From NCBI RefSeq assembly GCF_006345805.1, contig NC_043012.1:58156001-58220000 (forward strand): 64,000 nt of DNA, in the 5' to 3' direction. Each line of letters opens with the position of its first letter. Position 1 is the first letter of the stretch. A program made the translations under genes and the position numbers. Below the pieces are notes generated by a model that saw nothing but the letters and a program-made list of their open reading frames with translations, made no database searches and had not been told where the DNA came from. This DNA is from Octopus sinensis (lineage: Eukaryota). Of the stretch, positions 12,935 to 26,679 are shown in pieces.

Positions 12935-13350
12935 AGGCGCAGGAGTGTCTGTGTGGTAAGTAGCTGGCTTACCAACCACATGGTTCTGGGTTCAGTCCCA
13001 CTGCGTGGCACCTTGGGCAAGAGTCTTCTACTATAGCCTCGGGCCAACCAAAGCCTTGTGAGTAGATTTGGTAGACGGAAACTGAAAGAAGCCTGTCGTA
13101 TATATGTATGTACATATGTATATGCATGTGTGTGTATATGTTTGTGTGTCTGTGTTTGTCCACCCCTCCCCCAACATCGCTTGACAACCGATGGTGGTAT
13201 GTTTACGTCCCCGTAACTTAGCAGTTCGGCAAAAGAGACCGATAGAATAAGTACTAGGCTTACAAAGAATAAGTCCTGGATTCGATTTGCTCGACTAAAG
13301 GCGGTACTCCAGCATGGCCGCAGTCAAATGACTGAAACAAGTAAAAGAGA
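12935..13350 (+). mobile_element. SINE family A, full length
   Basis: GGCGCAGGAGTGTCTGTGTGGTAAG ... ACTGAAACAAGTAAAAGAG. Confidence 0.9.
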
Positions 13351-13759
13351 ACTAGAATCTGAGTTGACAAAATCATTACCGCATCGGACGAAAAAATATG
13401 AAAAAGACAAAGAAGGAAAGCTTTGTGACATTTCTTCCGGTTTCCTCTGTTTTAAGTTCAAATGCTACCGAGGTGTCTTTGTATTTCATCCATTCGTAGT
13501 CGATCAGATAAATACCTGTTGTGTACTGGGAGTGGATGCAAACGACTTCCTCCCTCCTCATAATTTCGGGCTTGTGTTAAAAAACAATTAGAAAGAATTG
13601 GGAAGAATTCTAAGGCGGGTGCTCTGGTACAGCTTCTTTAATTTACTCGTAGCTTGCTGTTGAGAACTTCAGTAATACCTTATTTTTGAACTGTTTGAAA
13701 TTTTCATCATTTGTTTCCAAGGACATCACTTTCGAGAAGTTGAAACCTACGTAGATTCT

Positions 13760-13980
13760 TTTCTATTATAGACACAAGGCCTGAATTTTTTTGTGGGGGG
13801 GAGGGGGGCAGTCGATGTTACCGACGGCAGTACTCAACTGGTACTTAATTTATCTACCCCGAAACGATGAAAGGTAATGTCGACCTCGGTGACATTTGAA
13901 CTCAGGACGTTAAGACGGACAAAATGCCGCTAACAATCTTGCCCGGCGTGCTAACGATTCTGCCAGCTCTCCACCTTTAA
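13760..13980 (-). mobile_element. SINE family B
   Basis: Reverse complement of the family B head and core. Confidence 0.7.
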
Positions 13981-14109
13981 AACCTACGTAGATTACCCTA
14001 TGTAATGCGTCCAACATTCATAAATCAAACAATTCTACCAGCTCGGTGCCTTCGTAATAATAATGATGAGGACGTCGACATCGACGACGAAGTGGACTTT
14101 TATGGTGGG

Positions 14110-14167
14110 GATGATAGTAGTGATGGAGATGATGACAACGATAATACGACGACAGCAATGATACAAC

Positions 14168-14201
<34 letters not shown>

Positions 14202-14298
14202 AAAATGACGATGACAATGATGACTACAATGATGATTACAGCGACGATGATGAAGACGACATCGACAATGATAATGACTAAAATAATGATGAAGATGG

Positions 14299-14329
<31 letters not shown>

Positions 14330-14346
14330 AATGAGGATGATGATGC

Positions 14347-14377
<31 letters not shown>

Positions 14378-14400
14378 ACTGTTGGGGATGAAGACGGCGA
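14110..14400. repeat. (GAT)n imperfect microsatellite
   Basis: Directly visible; it explains the poly-M, poly-H and poly-I ORFs here. Confidence 0.95.
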
Positions 14401-14879
14401 CGAGAAACAAAATGGACGTAAAATAAAGTATACTCCACGCGTAGGGTTGAAATGCGCGAAGGAGCAACAGGTCCCATTCTCAAGAGAGTAACGGTAACGA
14501 TTCCAAAACCTGCGACCCTATCACCACGGTAACATGCACTCCTATTTGCAGTTAAAAGGGTAGGTAATGAGACAGCCCCTAACTTTATATCCTGAACACC
14601 AACAAAAAAAAAAAGCAACCCTCATTGTCCTTTGCTGGATAGATGATGGAAGCAGATCAACGAAAATTACAAAGGGGCCAACTATCGGTAAAAGGGATAA
14701 CAGACCCGAAAAATGAGAGTGAATCCCCGCAAGAAGCACCCAAATATGGAAAGAAAGCCTGCGTCTGTGAGTACAACGATATTGTATTCATAGTTGCATG
14801 GACATGGATTAGCAACGCAGAGGCAATGTGCGAGATAATCGATGCAGGCCTAAATTTTGAGGACGACATGTACCTTTAT

Positions 14880-15150
14880 GTGAAGGTGCGTGGCCTGGTG
14901 GTTAAGCTGTTGCACTCTCGATCGCTAGATCGTGGGTCCGACTCCCTGACTAAGCGACGCGTTGTTTTCTTCAGCGAAGCACTTTATTTCACTTTCCTCC
15001 ATTTCCCCTTTCGATCAGGGGGTAATGCTGGGCTGCTCACCTAGCCAGCGCGGTGGCATGATTTGAATGCTAAAACAATGCAAAAGCGCATTGTGACTAG
15101 CGATGCGTTACAACGTCTGCCAGCTTGGTCGGTTACGTGATCACGCGATA
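14880..15150 (+). mobile_element. tRNA-derived SINE family C (diverged)
   Basis: TGGCCTGGTGGTTAAG head; tail GCCAGCGCGGTGGCATGATTTGAATGCTAAAACAATGC...GTGATCACG like 33734-34044. Confidence 0.7.
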
Positions 15151-15747
15151 TGCTTTTATGGAGTTACTGCTTCGTTTTAAGTATTAAAGTCAGGTCTTCG
15201 TTCTTAGTTGAGGTTCCTCACATCTCACTAGTGACGGAGGCACTCTGAGAAGAATTACGAGCATACCATATTCTTCATTGAATATACCACGAGTACATAA
15301 ATAAAATGCCATAACGACTTCATAAGTTGTAGAAATGACAATATCTGAAAAAAAAAAAAGAAATGAAAAAAAATCTCGATGCTTTAAGTTAGTACAGAAA
15401 ATGGCTGTGCAAATATCGACCCGCACTGCCTACAGATCTGAGGTGAAACCAGCCGAAAGCTACAAGTAAAATGTAAACGGGGAAGAAAGAAAACCATGGA
15501 AGCAGGTAGCTAGATCACATCTTAGAAATATACATCTTATAGATGACTGGATATAAGTTCTTTTGAAGATGTTTCAATTCACCCTCCTACTACAGACAGA
15601 GTTAAATCAATGATCTCGTAGATAATGATTCGTATTTCGATTTTGTCATATACGTGTGTGTGTGTGCGTAAGAATGTATCTATGTATATACTTATCCATG
15701 TATACACGCACACACTTATGTACCTATATCTATATTTATGTATGTGA

Positions 15748-15784
<37 letters not shown>

Positions 15785-15901
15785 AGTATGTATATGTAGA
15801 TATACACTACGTCAAAAAGACGAACACATCAAAATAACATATTTGACATTTGAATCGCATGACGTTTGTCGTTATAGATGTAGCAAGATAAATGGGTAGC
15901 G

Positions 15902-17310
15902 GTTAACACATTTCACGAGGTTTTCAGCTCAAATTAGACGACGTGTATTCTTCCTTTCTTGGGATAACTGCCTAATCTATTATATCTTACTTATTTAGAC
16001 TTCAAGTCTCAATTCAACCAGTAGCTATTTTCCTTGGCTAGCCGCTTCATATACATATTAACACTAGCTTAGTTTTATGGTTAACTATCTTAAGCTGACC
16101 CGGTCTACGCGCGGGTGAGGGTGTGGTTGTTACTTTCTGTTGCTTCCTTTCTGTTTCTTATCAACACATTCTCCTTCTTTGTTTCTGTATCCTTTCTCTC
16201 ACTTTCTTTCTTTCGGACTCTTCCTCGCTTTCTCTTATTCTCTATTTTTCTGTGTATCTATCTCCTATTTATAAAAAACAAAAGATCTTGAGCAAGTTGA
16301 GAAAGAAAATATTTTGAAAGATCAATCATAAATATCAGGCAGTGACAGCGTAAAGCACACTTGCCTTTTGTACGTGCCACTATTTGAGCGATTAAAAACT
16401 AAGGAAAAATTTGGGGAATTCTGCGACGATTGACCATGCAAACAAAAGCTCTAAACACGGGCTACATGCAGCTGTAAATTTGTTTCAGAAAAAATGAAGA
16501 CTAAACAATAAAAAATAAAAAGGCAGAAATACGTAGAAATAAGAAATTCTTTTCAACTTGAAAAATCTTGCCGTAATTTTCAAAATTTCGAACCCATTTT
16601 CCGTGCTTTAATTACAATCCCGCTTCCACTCTTTACAATGTTGAAAATTTGATTGAAATCGGGCAAAAGGTGTCCAATCTAGACCCCTAAGTGTCCCCCA
16701 AAATCAATAAAATCCCCGTTTTCACACCAAAGCAACCACTGTAGCGTCCCAAAACGTCTCCCAATCAATTCCTCACCTCAAGTTACCCCCTACTGTAAAT
16801 TTTAATCCCCTTCCAGCTCCATTTAGACCGCTTTTTACATAAAAATCCAATTTGTATCAACGTTCGCCTCCTTCATTTTATAGATTAGATGATTAACACA
16901 TTTTGCGAGGTACCCGAGCTCAAAATGCGCATGTTTTCCACGGATATGTGCCAAATGTATAACATTTTTTCAAATTATTCTTCAAGTCTCAGTACATCCT
17001 CTTGCTAATGCATTTCACAAAGTCGTAGACTCAAACCGAACGTGTGTGTTTTCCTTGGCTAGCTGCTTAATATACTTAATATACATTTCACTCCACGTAT
17101 ATCGGCTTACATTTTTGCCCAATGTTTAATGCGTCTAACGAGCTTATGAACTCAAAAGGTGTGTGTGTGTGTGTTGTGTGTGTGTGTTTTGTTTCTGTGA
17201 AAGTGGCCTAAATTTAATCATATCATATTTATTAATTCTCCATGTCTCATTTCACCTAGTCATGAACACATTTCAGGAGGTCATGAGCTTGAATTTGAAG
17301 TGTGTGTTTT
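15902..17310. repeat. Old degenerate tandem repeat (~115-155-bp units) interrupted by a Helitron-like element
   Basis: TTAACACATTTCACGAGGT..GAGCTCAAA-like starts at ~15902, 16893, 17006, 17126 and 17263. CTTCAAGTCTCA and TTTTCCTTGGCTAGC also recur. Confidence 0.6.
16085..16889 (-). mobile_element. Putative non-autonomous Helitron
   Basis: Minus strand starts A|TCTAATCTATAAAATGAAGG and ends with a GC-rich hairpin ACCCGCGCGTAGACCGGGT about 13 nt before ATAG|T (CTAG variant). No TSD, and a CT-rich internal tract. Confidence 0.6.
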
Positions 17311-17900
17311 AGATGTTCATGTTTACTTATTTCTTAATCTTCGCATGCAGTGTCTCCATTTTCCTCGGTGGGGACAGTTTTGTGGGCGGGGAAGCACTAA
17401 TAGTTTTTCATCATTCGTGAATGTTCAGCGATTGACTTCATTTCATCACACTGACGAGGCATTTGACGAGGCAGTTTAATTTAATATATATATTTGTGGG
17501 TGAGTTTGTGCCAACGGGAAAGGCTCTTCGCGGTCGCTCGATCTCTTAGATATAGTAACAATGTCTCCAAGAAGTTAGGTGTCATCGCAATAAAAAAAAA
17601 ACTGAGAGAATCACTGCACAATATTGACTCATACCTCCTGATATACAAAGCGACGGTTACGCATAGCTGGTATGCTCTCGGCAGAGCTGTTCAATTTGGA
17701 CTGACTTGAACAGAAATAAACACAATCCCAACAATTCCTTCTAAATAAACTTGGTTGGCAGAATCTGTGTAAGTCCGTCGGAACGCACACACACACACAA
17801 GAATTTGTGCATATATGTATGGATTTACGTGCGTGCAATGTTCTGTGTATGTATGTATTTCCCCGGCAATACTTGACAACGTTTTGTATCTCCGTTATAT

Positions 17901-18102
17901 GACAGCTCAGCAACTGATTCTTCGGCTCAGCAACCAATTCTGCGGCTCAGCAACAGACTCTACGACTCATCAACCGATTCTGCAGCTCAGCAACAGATTC
18001 TGGGGCTCAGCAGCAGATTCTGCGGCTCAGCAACCGATTCTTCGGCTCAGCAACCCATTTTGCGGCTCGGCAACCGATTCTGCGGTTCACCAAACTATTC
18101 TG
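17901..18102. repeat. 20-bp minisatellite, ~10 copies (consensus TGCGGCTCAGCAACCGATTC)
   Basis: Exact 20-nt periodicity, embedded in a decayed SINE family A 3' half. Confidence 0.95.
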
Positions 18103-19485
18103 AAAGAATAATTACCAGACTTTAAAAAAATAATCACTAGGAATGGATTTACTTAGCTAAAACTTTAAAGGCTGTGCTCCGTCGTGACCACTCTCCAATA
18201 ACATACAGAAGCAACAGAATTAAAGAGTAATTAGATGAATTCTACATCCTGCTTAGGTAAACAATGCCGTTTAAAATGGAGGACGAGGAAATAAATATTA
18301 GATATATTTTGAGAGAGGAGGTTAAATCAGCTAAATGAACCATTTCTAAAATCAGCGATCTTTTGCCTACATTAGATACGATTTCCCCAGTAATTGCAAG
18401 ATAGGTTAGAAAAACATGAATTCAGAAAAACTATAAAAGTATGTGTATTTTGTCGGAATGTTTAGCGAACAGGTAAAGACATAGAAATAAATTATGTCAA
18501 AGGTTCTAATATGTGTACATAAGTTATATTACATAAATCTAGAAAATATATGACAACATGTCCGCTATTTAAGGAAAGATCAGCGGCAACATAATGATTA
18601 TTCCAAGCAAAAATTAAATGTATTTAGCGTCTTGTAAAAACATAAACATCTATAAGAACATATACATATATGCTTATTAATTCTTCTGTTGCGTTTGTCG
18701 TGATTTATTCATGTTTATTTTCAAATATATGATGAATGTATACATGAAGACATTTTCATAATTTACCATCGATAAGTACTGTCTAAATATAGCTTCGGTG
18801 TTTAGATGAACGCTCAACAAGAACTACTGAAAAAAAGATTAATCTGCATCCGTTCTGCAAGACACATTAGGAAATTTACAAACCGGGGGCCAATTTCATC
18901 GGTTCCATAGTTAGCAACGGTGTTTGTTGCTGTAGGAAAGAAATTAGTACAGAAGAGAGCATTATTTGTTCAAATAACAATATTTCGCTAGAAAGCTTGA
19001 TAGTAGAAAAACCGACTTAAGTTTCTCAAACCTCTCTCTCTGACCCACTTGCTTGTATAAAGTCATTCTGGAAGGATTCAGTCTGCTGCTTTTCACATTA
19101 ACAGATTCGGTGAGAGGCGATTTACACATTTTTCATTTCTGCTTGGCTTTCTCGAATTCTACAACTTCATCTCTTTCCATTTTTCGCCTACACCCCCCCC
19201 CCCCATATATATATTATTATCTATATATATAAATTATATAATATATACATATTTACACATATACACACTACATACGGACATACTTTGTATATATAGACAT
19301 ATACATTTCTATATAAAACATATACATTTCTTTCCATTTTTCGCTTACATACATACACACACATATACAAGCAAACATACATACGTACAAACATACGTAC
19401 ATACAGACATACATGAGTGCATTTAGATATATATATATATAACTATATACAGACATATTATACATACATATACATGTTTACATAT

Positions 19486-19536
<51 letters not shown>

Positions 19537-19690
19537 CTATATATATATATATATATATCTATATAATATATTTTTGTTTTATATAATATATATATATATA
19601 TATATTACATATACACACACGTACACACACAAACGCACACGCATTTATATATATAGATATATACAACACACATACACATATGTTTCTGTA

Positions 19691-19731
<41 letters not shown>

Positions 19732-20017
19732 CACACACACAGACGTATATATTTATATTTTTTACCTATTATAGTCATTTACCTCCAACGTATTCTCAGT
19801 CCCACTAAGCTACAAAACATAAAAAAAAAAACTTCAGAGTTCGTATCAAGGGTAAAGTTGAATACTAACACATGTACCCGCATTCCTACATAACCGTATC
19901 CTTCCACTTCTTACCTCTGTTTTTTTTTTCTTTTTCAACTGTTCTCATTATTTTTTAATCTCGCTCTTTATGCGTGTATATGCGTATCTATAGTATGCAC
20001 TATGTACACACATGCGA

Positions 20018-20111
<94 letters not shown>

Positions 20112-20228
20112 ATATCTATCTATCTATCTATCTATCAGTCTGTCTGTCTGTCTATATTTATATCTATGTATCTACGTATCTATCTTTCTATGTATGTATG
20201 TATGTATGTATGTATGTATGTATGTATG

Positions 20229-20261
<33 letters not shown>

Positions 20262-20275
20262 GTCTGTCTCTCTGC

Positions 20276-20307
<32 letters not shown>

Positions 20308-20415
20308 ATCTAACTATCTATCTATTTGTCTGTCTGTCTGTCTATCTATCTATTTTTCTATCTTTCTATCTACAAATCTATATATCTGTGTATCTTTCTG
20401 TCTTTTGTCTGTCTG

Positions 20416-20468
<53 letters not shown>

Positions 20469-20640
20469 TTTTCTATCTATCTATCTATCTATTTTTCTAT
20501 CAGTCTGTCTGTCTATTTATTTATCTATCCATCTATCTGTCTATCTATCTATATATCTATCTATCTATTGGTATATCTGTCTGTCTGTCGTCTGTCTGTC
20601 TGTCTACCTATTTTTTTATATCTCTCTGTCTGCCTGTCTG
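20018..20640. repeat. Compound (TATC)n/(TATG)n/(TGTC)n microsatellite
   Basis: Directly visible; it produces the spurious ~300-aa YLSI ORFs. Confidence 0.95.
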
Positions 20641-21398
20641 TCTTCTTCCTCTTTCGTCATATCATCAAACCCCTTATTATATACGCTTGCCTGCACTCCC
20701 GAGCACATCCAGACACAAACACAGAGGCACACACAAATGCACACACCAACACAAGTACAACACACACACACACACACACATTGCAGATATCTTCATGTAC
20801 GTCAATCTCTGTTCTGGTATGTGTGTGGGTTTGTACGTGTCGTGTGCGTCAGATACACATCGTTGCCATTACTTTGTAGTACGTGTTGATTAACCAACAT
20901 TATCGCCAAATCCAAAGAAGAATATTAAGAGAACATAAAGAACGGAGGTTCCCGAAAATCGTCAGTCATTATGGTATCAAAAAAACGGATGCGTGTTTCA
21001 TGGAAAGCATATAGAGTAGCTCAGCTTGTTATAAATTACTTCTTCTCTCATGTGTTATACAGCCTTGCATAACGGGTAACTTTTGTCGGGTATGAGACGT
21101 CTTGGCTCAGCCTCTGTGACGTTGCTTGCTTGCCGCCGATGTTTCGATGCTGACGTTTTTGACACTAGGCATTTCAATGTTTCATTTTAATTTTTAATGT
21201 TTCTCTCATTCTCCCCCTTCCTCTCTGCTGTTGTATATATCTATTTATCTTTATGTGAGCACATTTCTCCTTATATGGGCAAGGTGAAGGTAAGTATTTA
21301 TGTTGATCGCGTTCAATTAATCAATTACACTATCTCACTCACTCTCCCATTTGTACTTGGCTCTTTCTATTTGCATGTATATACTTTTGCGCATGCGA

Positions 21399-21441
<43 letters not shown>

Positions 21442-22140
21442 TGTGTGTGTGTGTGTTTGTGTGTGTATGTTTGTGTGTTTGCATCCAGAGCCAAAAAATA
21501 CTGTCACCAAAACAGGCTGAATGTGCCGTCAGCCGCGCCAAACTCCAGCATCCAAACAGCAGAGCCAAAGGCCTCATTCCATCTATAATTCTAATTCAAT
21601 ATCAGGTGAGTTCTAATCAGCATACTTATGATCAAATGGATATTCCATCCGCAACCACCGCATTAAATTTTTAATCGAATATCACATTATTTAATGTATC
21701 CTTCTTTATATAATAACATATTGCTTTAATAATCGAGAGAAGACTTCTCTGGTTGGTTCTTAAAGAGCATGTATAGTGTGTTACCTTTGTGGTCACCATT
21801 CTATCTCCAATTAATTTCCAATTTGAAGATTTTAATGTGTGCGTGAATTGAATGAAAATTATTGTTTCCGTTATGGCAGTAATATACGAATGCTTTTAAT
21901 CTAGGAAAAAAAAAAAATTTCGGTAACTAAATACAGGTGTGTACACATCTATTATTACATAAATGCAAAACAGAACATGATTTTCTTGAAATGTCGAGAA
22001 GCGACTGAGGAACATTACCATTCGAAACAAAATGCAAAGAAACCAGAGAGAATTTTTTAAAAATTCTTTTGATAATAAATGAAAAAAAGAAGGAACAACG
22101 TTTGTTTTATATACAACATGTTTAACAGAAAATGAATCCC

Positions 22141-22301
22141 AGAAGGAGTGGCTGCGGGGTAAGTAGCTTGCTTACCAACCACATAGTTCCGGGTTCAGTC
22201 CAACTGCGTGGAACCTTAGGCAGGTGTCTTCTGCTATAGCCTCAGGCCAACCAAAGCCTTATGAGGTGATTTGGTAGACGGAAACTGAAAGTAGCCCGTC
22301 G

Positions 22302-22350
<49 letters not shown>

Positions 22351-22378
22351 GCATACATACATAAATATATTTATGTAC

Positions 22379-22419
<41 letters not shown>

Positions 22420-22700
22420 TATGTATATATATATATTTATATGCATGTATGTATATATGTATGTATGCATGTATGTATGTATACGTTTGTGTGTCTGTGT
22501 TTGTCCCCCCACCACCACCACCATCGCTTGACAATCGATGTTGGTGTGTCCACGTCCCTGTAACTTAGCGGTTCAGTAAAATAGATAGATAGAATAAGTA
22601 CTAGGTTTACAAAGAATAGGTTCTGGACTCGATTTGTTCGACTAAAGGCTATGCTCCAGTATGGCCGCATTCAAATGACTGAAACAAATTAAAGAGTAAA
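22141..22700 (+). mobile_element. SINE family A with an expanded central microsatellite
   Basis: Head at 22141, ~190 bp of TA/TG core, and tail ending AAAGAGTAAAAGA. Confidence 0.85.
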
Positions 22701-22726
22701 AGACTAAATGTACAAACAATATGAGG

Positions 22727-22860
22727 TTACCATGTTGAGCACATGTAGTTGTGATACTTGTACCCGGTGTACCCTTATCTGACGGGTGGTCATGATGGAT
22801 ATACTGCACTTCAAACATCTTACCCCACTGCCACTTTGATGGTATGCACTGCTCTCTCAC

Positions 22861-22862
<2 letters not shown>
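22727..22862 (+). mobile_element. 3' fragment of the unclassified TAA-tailed repeat also found at 51485-52043
   Basis: CCCTTATCTGACGGGTGGTCATGATGG...CACTTTGATGGTATGCACTGCTCTCTCACTT followed by (AAT)n; matches 51950-52043. Confidence 0.75.
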
Positions 22863-22914
<52 letters not shown>

Positions 22915-22943
22915 TAATAATACTAATAATAATAATAATAATA

Positions 22944-23266
22944 GACAAGACGAAAAGTGCGATGCGATTGAAATAGATATTTTATTAGTTGGACAATATT
23001 TCGACATTCCGTGTGTTTTTTACAAGTTCAAAATACGAACTGAAATTAAATTCAGAGATAGGAAATGCTAAAACATTTAAATTTAAATCGGAATAACTGC
23101 GGTTCTTTCTAAGTAGAAGGACATCACCAGTCTTTGGTCTTTCACTAAAGGTAGCAGAAAGAAAGAAGAAAAACAAGAAGAACGAAAAGAATTGGAGGAA
23201 AAATTATTCGGTCAAAAAGTTTTGTGTAAATATCTATTGCAATCGCATCGCACCCTTCATCTTGTC
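22944..23266. mobile_element. Element with ~40-bp terminal inverted repeats (MITE-like, or an inverted Penelope-like terminus)
   Basis: GACAAGACGAAAAGTGCGATGCGATTGAAATAGATATTT versus the reverse complement of the right end, GACAAGATGAAGGGTGCGATGCGATTGCAATAGATATTT. Confidence 0.7.
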
Positions 23267-23306
23267 CGCTAACCTTTGTGAAGTGTTACGTCAATCCTTT
23301 TAAAAT

Positions 23307-23660
<354 letters not shown>

Positions 23661-24579
23661 TTGTCTATCCCTAGTCATTATATGAACTCTGATGTGTATA
23701 TATGTTTGTATGTATGTATATATATATATATATATAATATATATATATATACATATATAGTTACACACGCACTGTCTCTCTCTCACACTCACATACACAT
23801 TCACACATACATACACACGTATATAAATATACGTATGTGCACATGTATATGCATTTGTGTAATGAATCGCAAATGATATTCTGTAATATTTATTAACATT
23901 ATTTAAGCTTACACGATATTTTGGGAAAATGATAATAGAATGATTGTTTCAGTGCTGCATTCCTGGAAACAGAGGTATAGATATATATTGGTGCAGGGCA
24001 TTGACCCCATTCCAAAGCAAACGCTGGATATATTGACAAGCGCAGCCGCACTTCAACATTCATAAGCCACCAATTCAGAAACCTTATTTCTTACCCTAAC
24101 TTGTTTTTCTCTACTCTAGAAATAGATTTCTTCAGTATGTGGCTTCCGTCCGCTTCCAAGAGTCTGTTTCTCAAATCCGACAACCTCTACAAAATCTAAC
24201 GCTTCTACAGACGCATAATGACGTACTGCGTACTCAAGTTTTCATCTCTCATTCTTCAGGTACCAAATCTGCTCTACCATTCTCAAAAGCATTCCTACTT
24301 CATCATTTATGTAACATGGATCAGATATCAACTTCTTATCTGAAGAAATACGGAAATTGTCCCTCTGTTCAAGTTACGTTCGATCAGTTGCTGGCCCCAG
24401 TTATCAATCTTCTACACGCTCAGATTTTTATACCGTTTCCATAAAGTTATACCGCTTTAACTTAGCCATTGTCACACTGTAATGCATATTTGTTTGAAAC
24501 AATGTTCCCATAACTTAGATTCTTAGATAAGTTTCAACTAGGATTGGCCCAAGACAAATATAATAGCTCCACTTGAAAG

Positions 24580-24860
24580 AGATATTTAATGATTTGGGAG
24601 TCATAGCCATTCGAGTAAAGAGTTCTACAAATACATCCGGGTGTAAGTTGTTTATCTGGAATTTGTTGGAGTCTTTCAACCAGGAACCTTTTGTATGATC
24701 TGAGATCTTTTTCTACCCTTATATGTCTTGGCATGATGGTAAAAAGAGCAGGGCCAGTTGAGGTGAAATACTTCTGTCCTAGTGTTGCGATGTGATACGA
24801 ATATGATTTTTGTAGAGGATGTATTGTACGGGAACCAAGCCTTATGTGAATTTTAAAACT
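24580..24860 (-). mobile_element. CR1/L2-group LINE C-terminal fossil
   Basis: Minus translation ...YFTSTGPALFT IMPRHIRVEKDLRSYKRFLVERLQQIPDKQLTPG...SN resembles CR1-group ORF2 ends (GP.LFN.LP..IR...FK..LD..L..IPD.P..PGY...SNS). Confidence 0.6.
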
Positions 24861-26679
24861 AATGCCAACATCATTTGGGCAATGATGTTAGAATATTTTC
24901 CAAATCACGGCAGCTTTGGAGCTTCTGGAGCCGATCCCAATAATGAAGACCTGTCATATTTTTCTGCACCACATGAATCCTTGAAAGAGGTGAGAATCGT
25001 TGTAATGTTTGAGCTAAAATTTCTGTACCTACTTATGTCATAATAAGCCACTAATGAGTGAATCTCACTGCGTACGCTTTAAATGTTATTATATCAGTAA
25101 CACTATACAACCATCGACGTAATCGCATTCCCAAAATCACCCACAGATTCAGCTGCACATACAAGCTCTGCAGGTGCATTTAGGTTGGTGAAACTCGCCG
25201 TTGTCAGTGTGATCGCTTCCTTGAGCACATTCTCAACATGATGCCAACGCGTGGACCACAATTTCACATTCCTGGCCACTCCCCTAAGCATCTCTTGGTG
25301 GCAGGTATTTCCTCGCATCAAAGAATATCAAGCAAAGAACAACACATTATATTCCCTCTCGCATCGTCTTCACCACGCCGCACGTCTACGTGAATGCTTC
25401 TCTACGTTTTCTTTATCCCACCCAACTTAATAATTGATTTCAATGCCTGTGAGTTATGTACGAGCAAATATTTCTTTAAAAAATGCTTTTACATTCAGTC
25501 TACAGTATATTTCTGTTATTTTATATTAGTTTTTGATATACATTTTTTTTCATGCGTATATATGTATGAATATTGCGCCCGTGTGTGGGAAGGAATTATT
25601 TTATGCCTGAGCATGCATTCGCATAGCAATGCGTGCCGGTTCAGACTCCTGATGTACGGGTGAGATTCTTTTGTACATGTTATTGTTTATCACGCGGCTT
25701 CTTATTCCTGTGTGCATTTGTGTGTGTCTGTATGTGAGCAATGAAAAGAGCAAGAAATAGAGAGAGAGAGAATGAGAGAGAGAGAATGAGACAGATAGGC
25801 AGAGACAACCAGAAAGAAAGAGAAAAGGAAAGCATATAGGCAGGCACGTCAGACTCGGCTCTCCGTGTGTGCATGTATTTTTGTTTTACTTGTTATTTAC
25901 TTGTTTTGCATTTGTATATGTGCTTCATGCGTCAACATTCCAAGCTTGATTTCGTCAGTGAATACACACACATGCACACACACGCACATACACACACGCG
26001 CGCGCGCACACACACACACATGTATATATGTTTGTATATTCTTTTATTCCGTTATTCTTTTACTTATTCCAGTTATCTGACAACGGCCATACCGAAGGAC
26101 TGCCTTCAGTCGAACAAATCATCCCCAGCACTTCCCCCCAGGACTTATTCTTTGTAAGGCTAGTACTTATTCTATCGGTCACTCTTGCCAAACCTCTAAG
26201 TTACTGGGACGTAAATACACCGATATCGGTGTCAAGTGATGGCGGCGGGACAAACACAAAGAAATACACACACGCACACACACACATATATACATATATA
26301 CACATCCACACATACACACACACACACAGAGTCATACATATATTCTGGAGTAGTGTCTTTCAGTGAGTTTATGCTCCTTTTCTTTACTGTTTTTGGTGAA
26401 GTAGCAAGCTGGACGGACGGAACTGCTCTTCATTGTGTCTGCTGCTCTGACGAGGTTTCATCTGTTATCTTAGATAACCATTTCTCCAAATGCGCTTTGA
26501 AATTTGTCCAAGCATACATACATACATACAAAAATAACATATTGTTGATGTTGAAATTCCAAAGGAACCTTGGATCTAGGATAGAAACCGGTTCTTTCTC
26601 TATTAGCAAGAAATCTTGAAATAAACTGAATAATGACACAAACACACACACACATATATATATATATTTATAATCTTTT

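Noticed and set aside
14643-15044. 133-aa non-repetitive ORF
   Set aside because: No recognisable domain, and its last third is a SINE head.
17901-18102. CRISPR-like periodic repeat
   Set aside because: Contiguous 20-bp units with no unique spacers and no cas genes, in a eukaryotic context.
19974-20893. Long ORFs of 290-300 aa
   Set aside because: They are translations of (TATC)n/(TGTC)n, open in several frames with no real protein content. The same applies to the YI, CV, HT, poly-I and poly-M ORFs across the window.
23960-24450. Possible further LINE fossil
   Set aside because: No diagnostic motif could be read with confidence.
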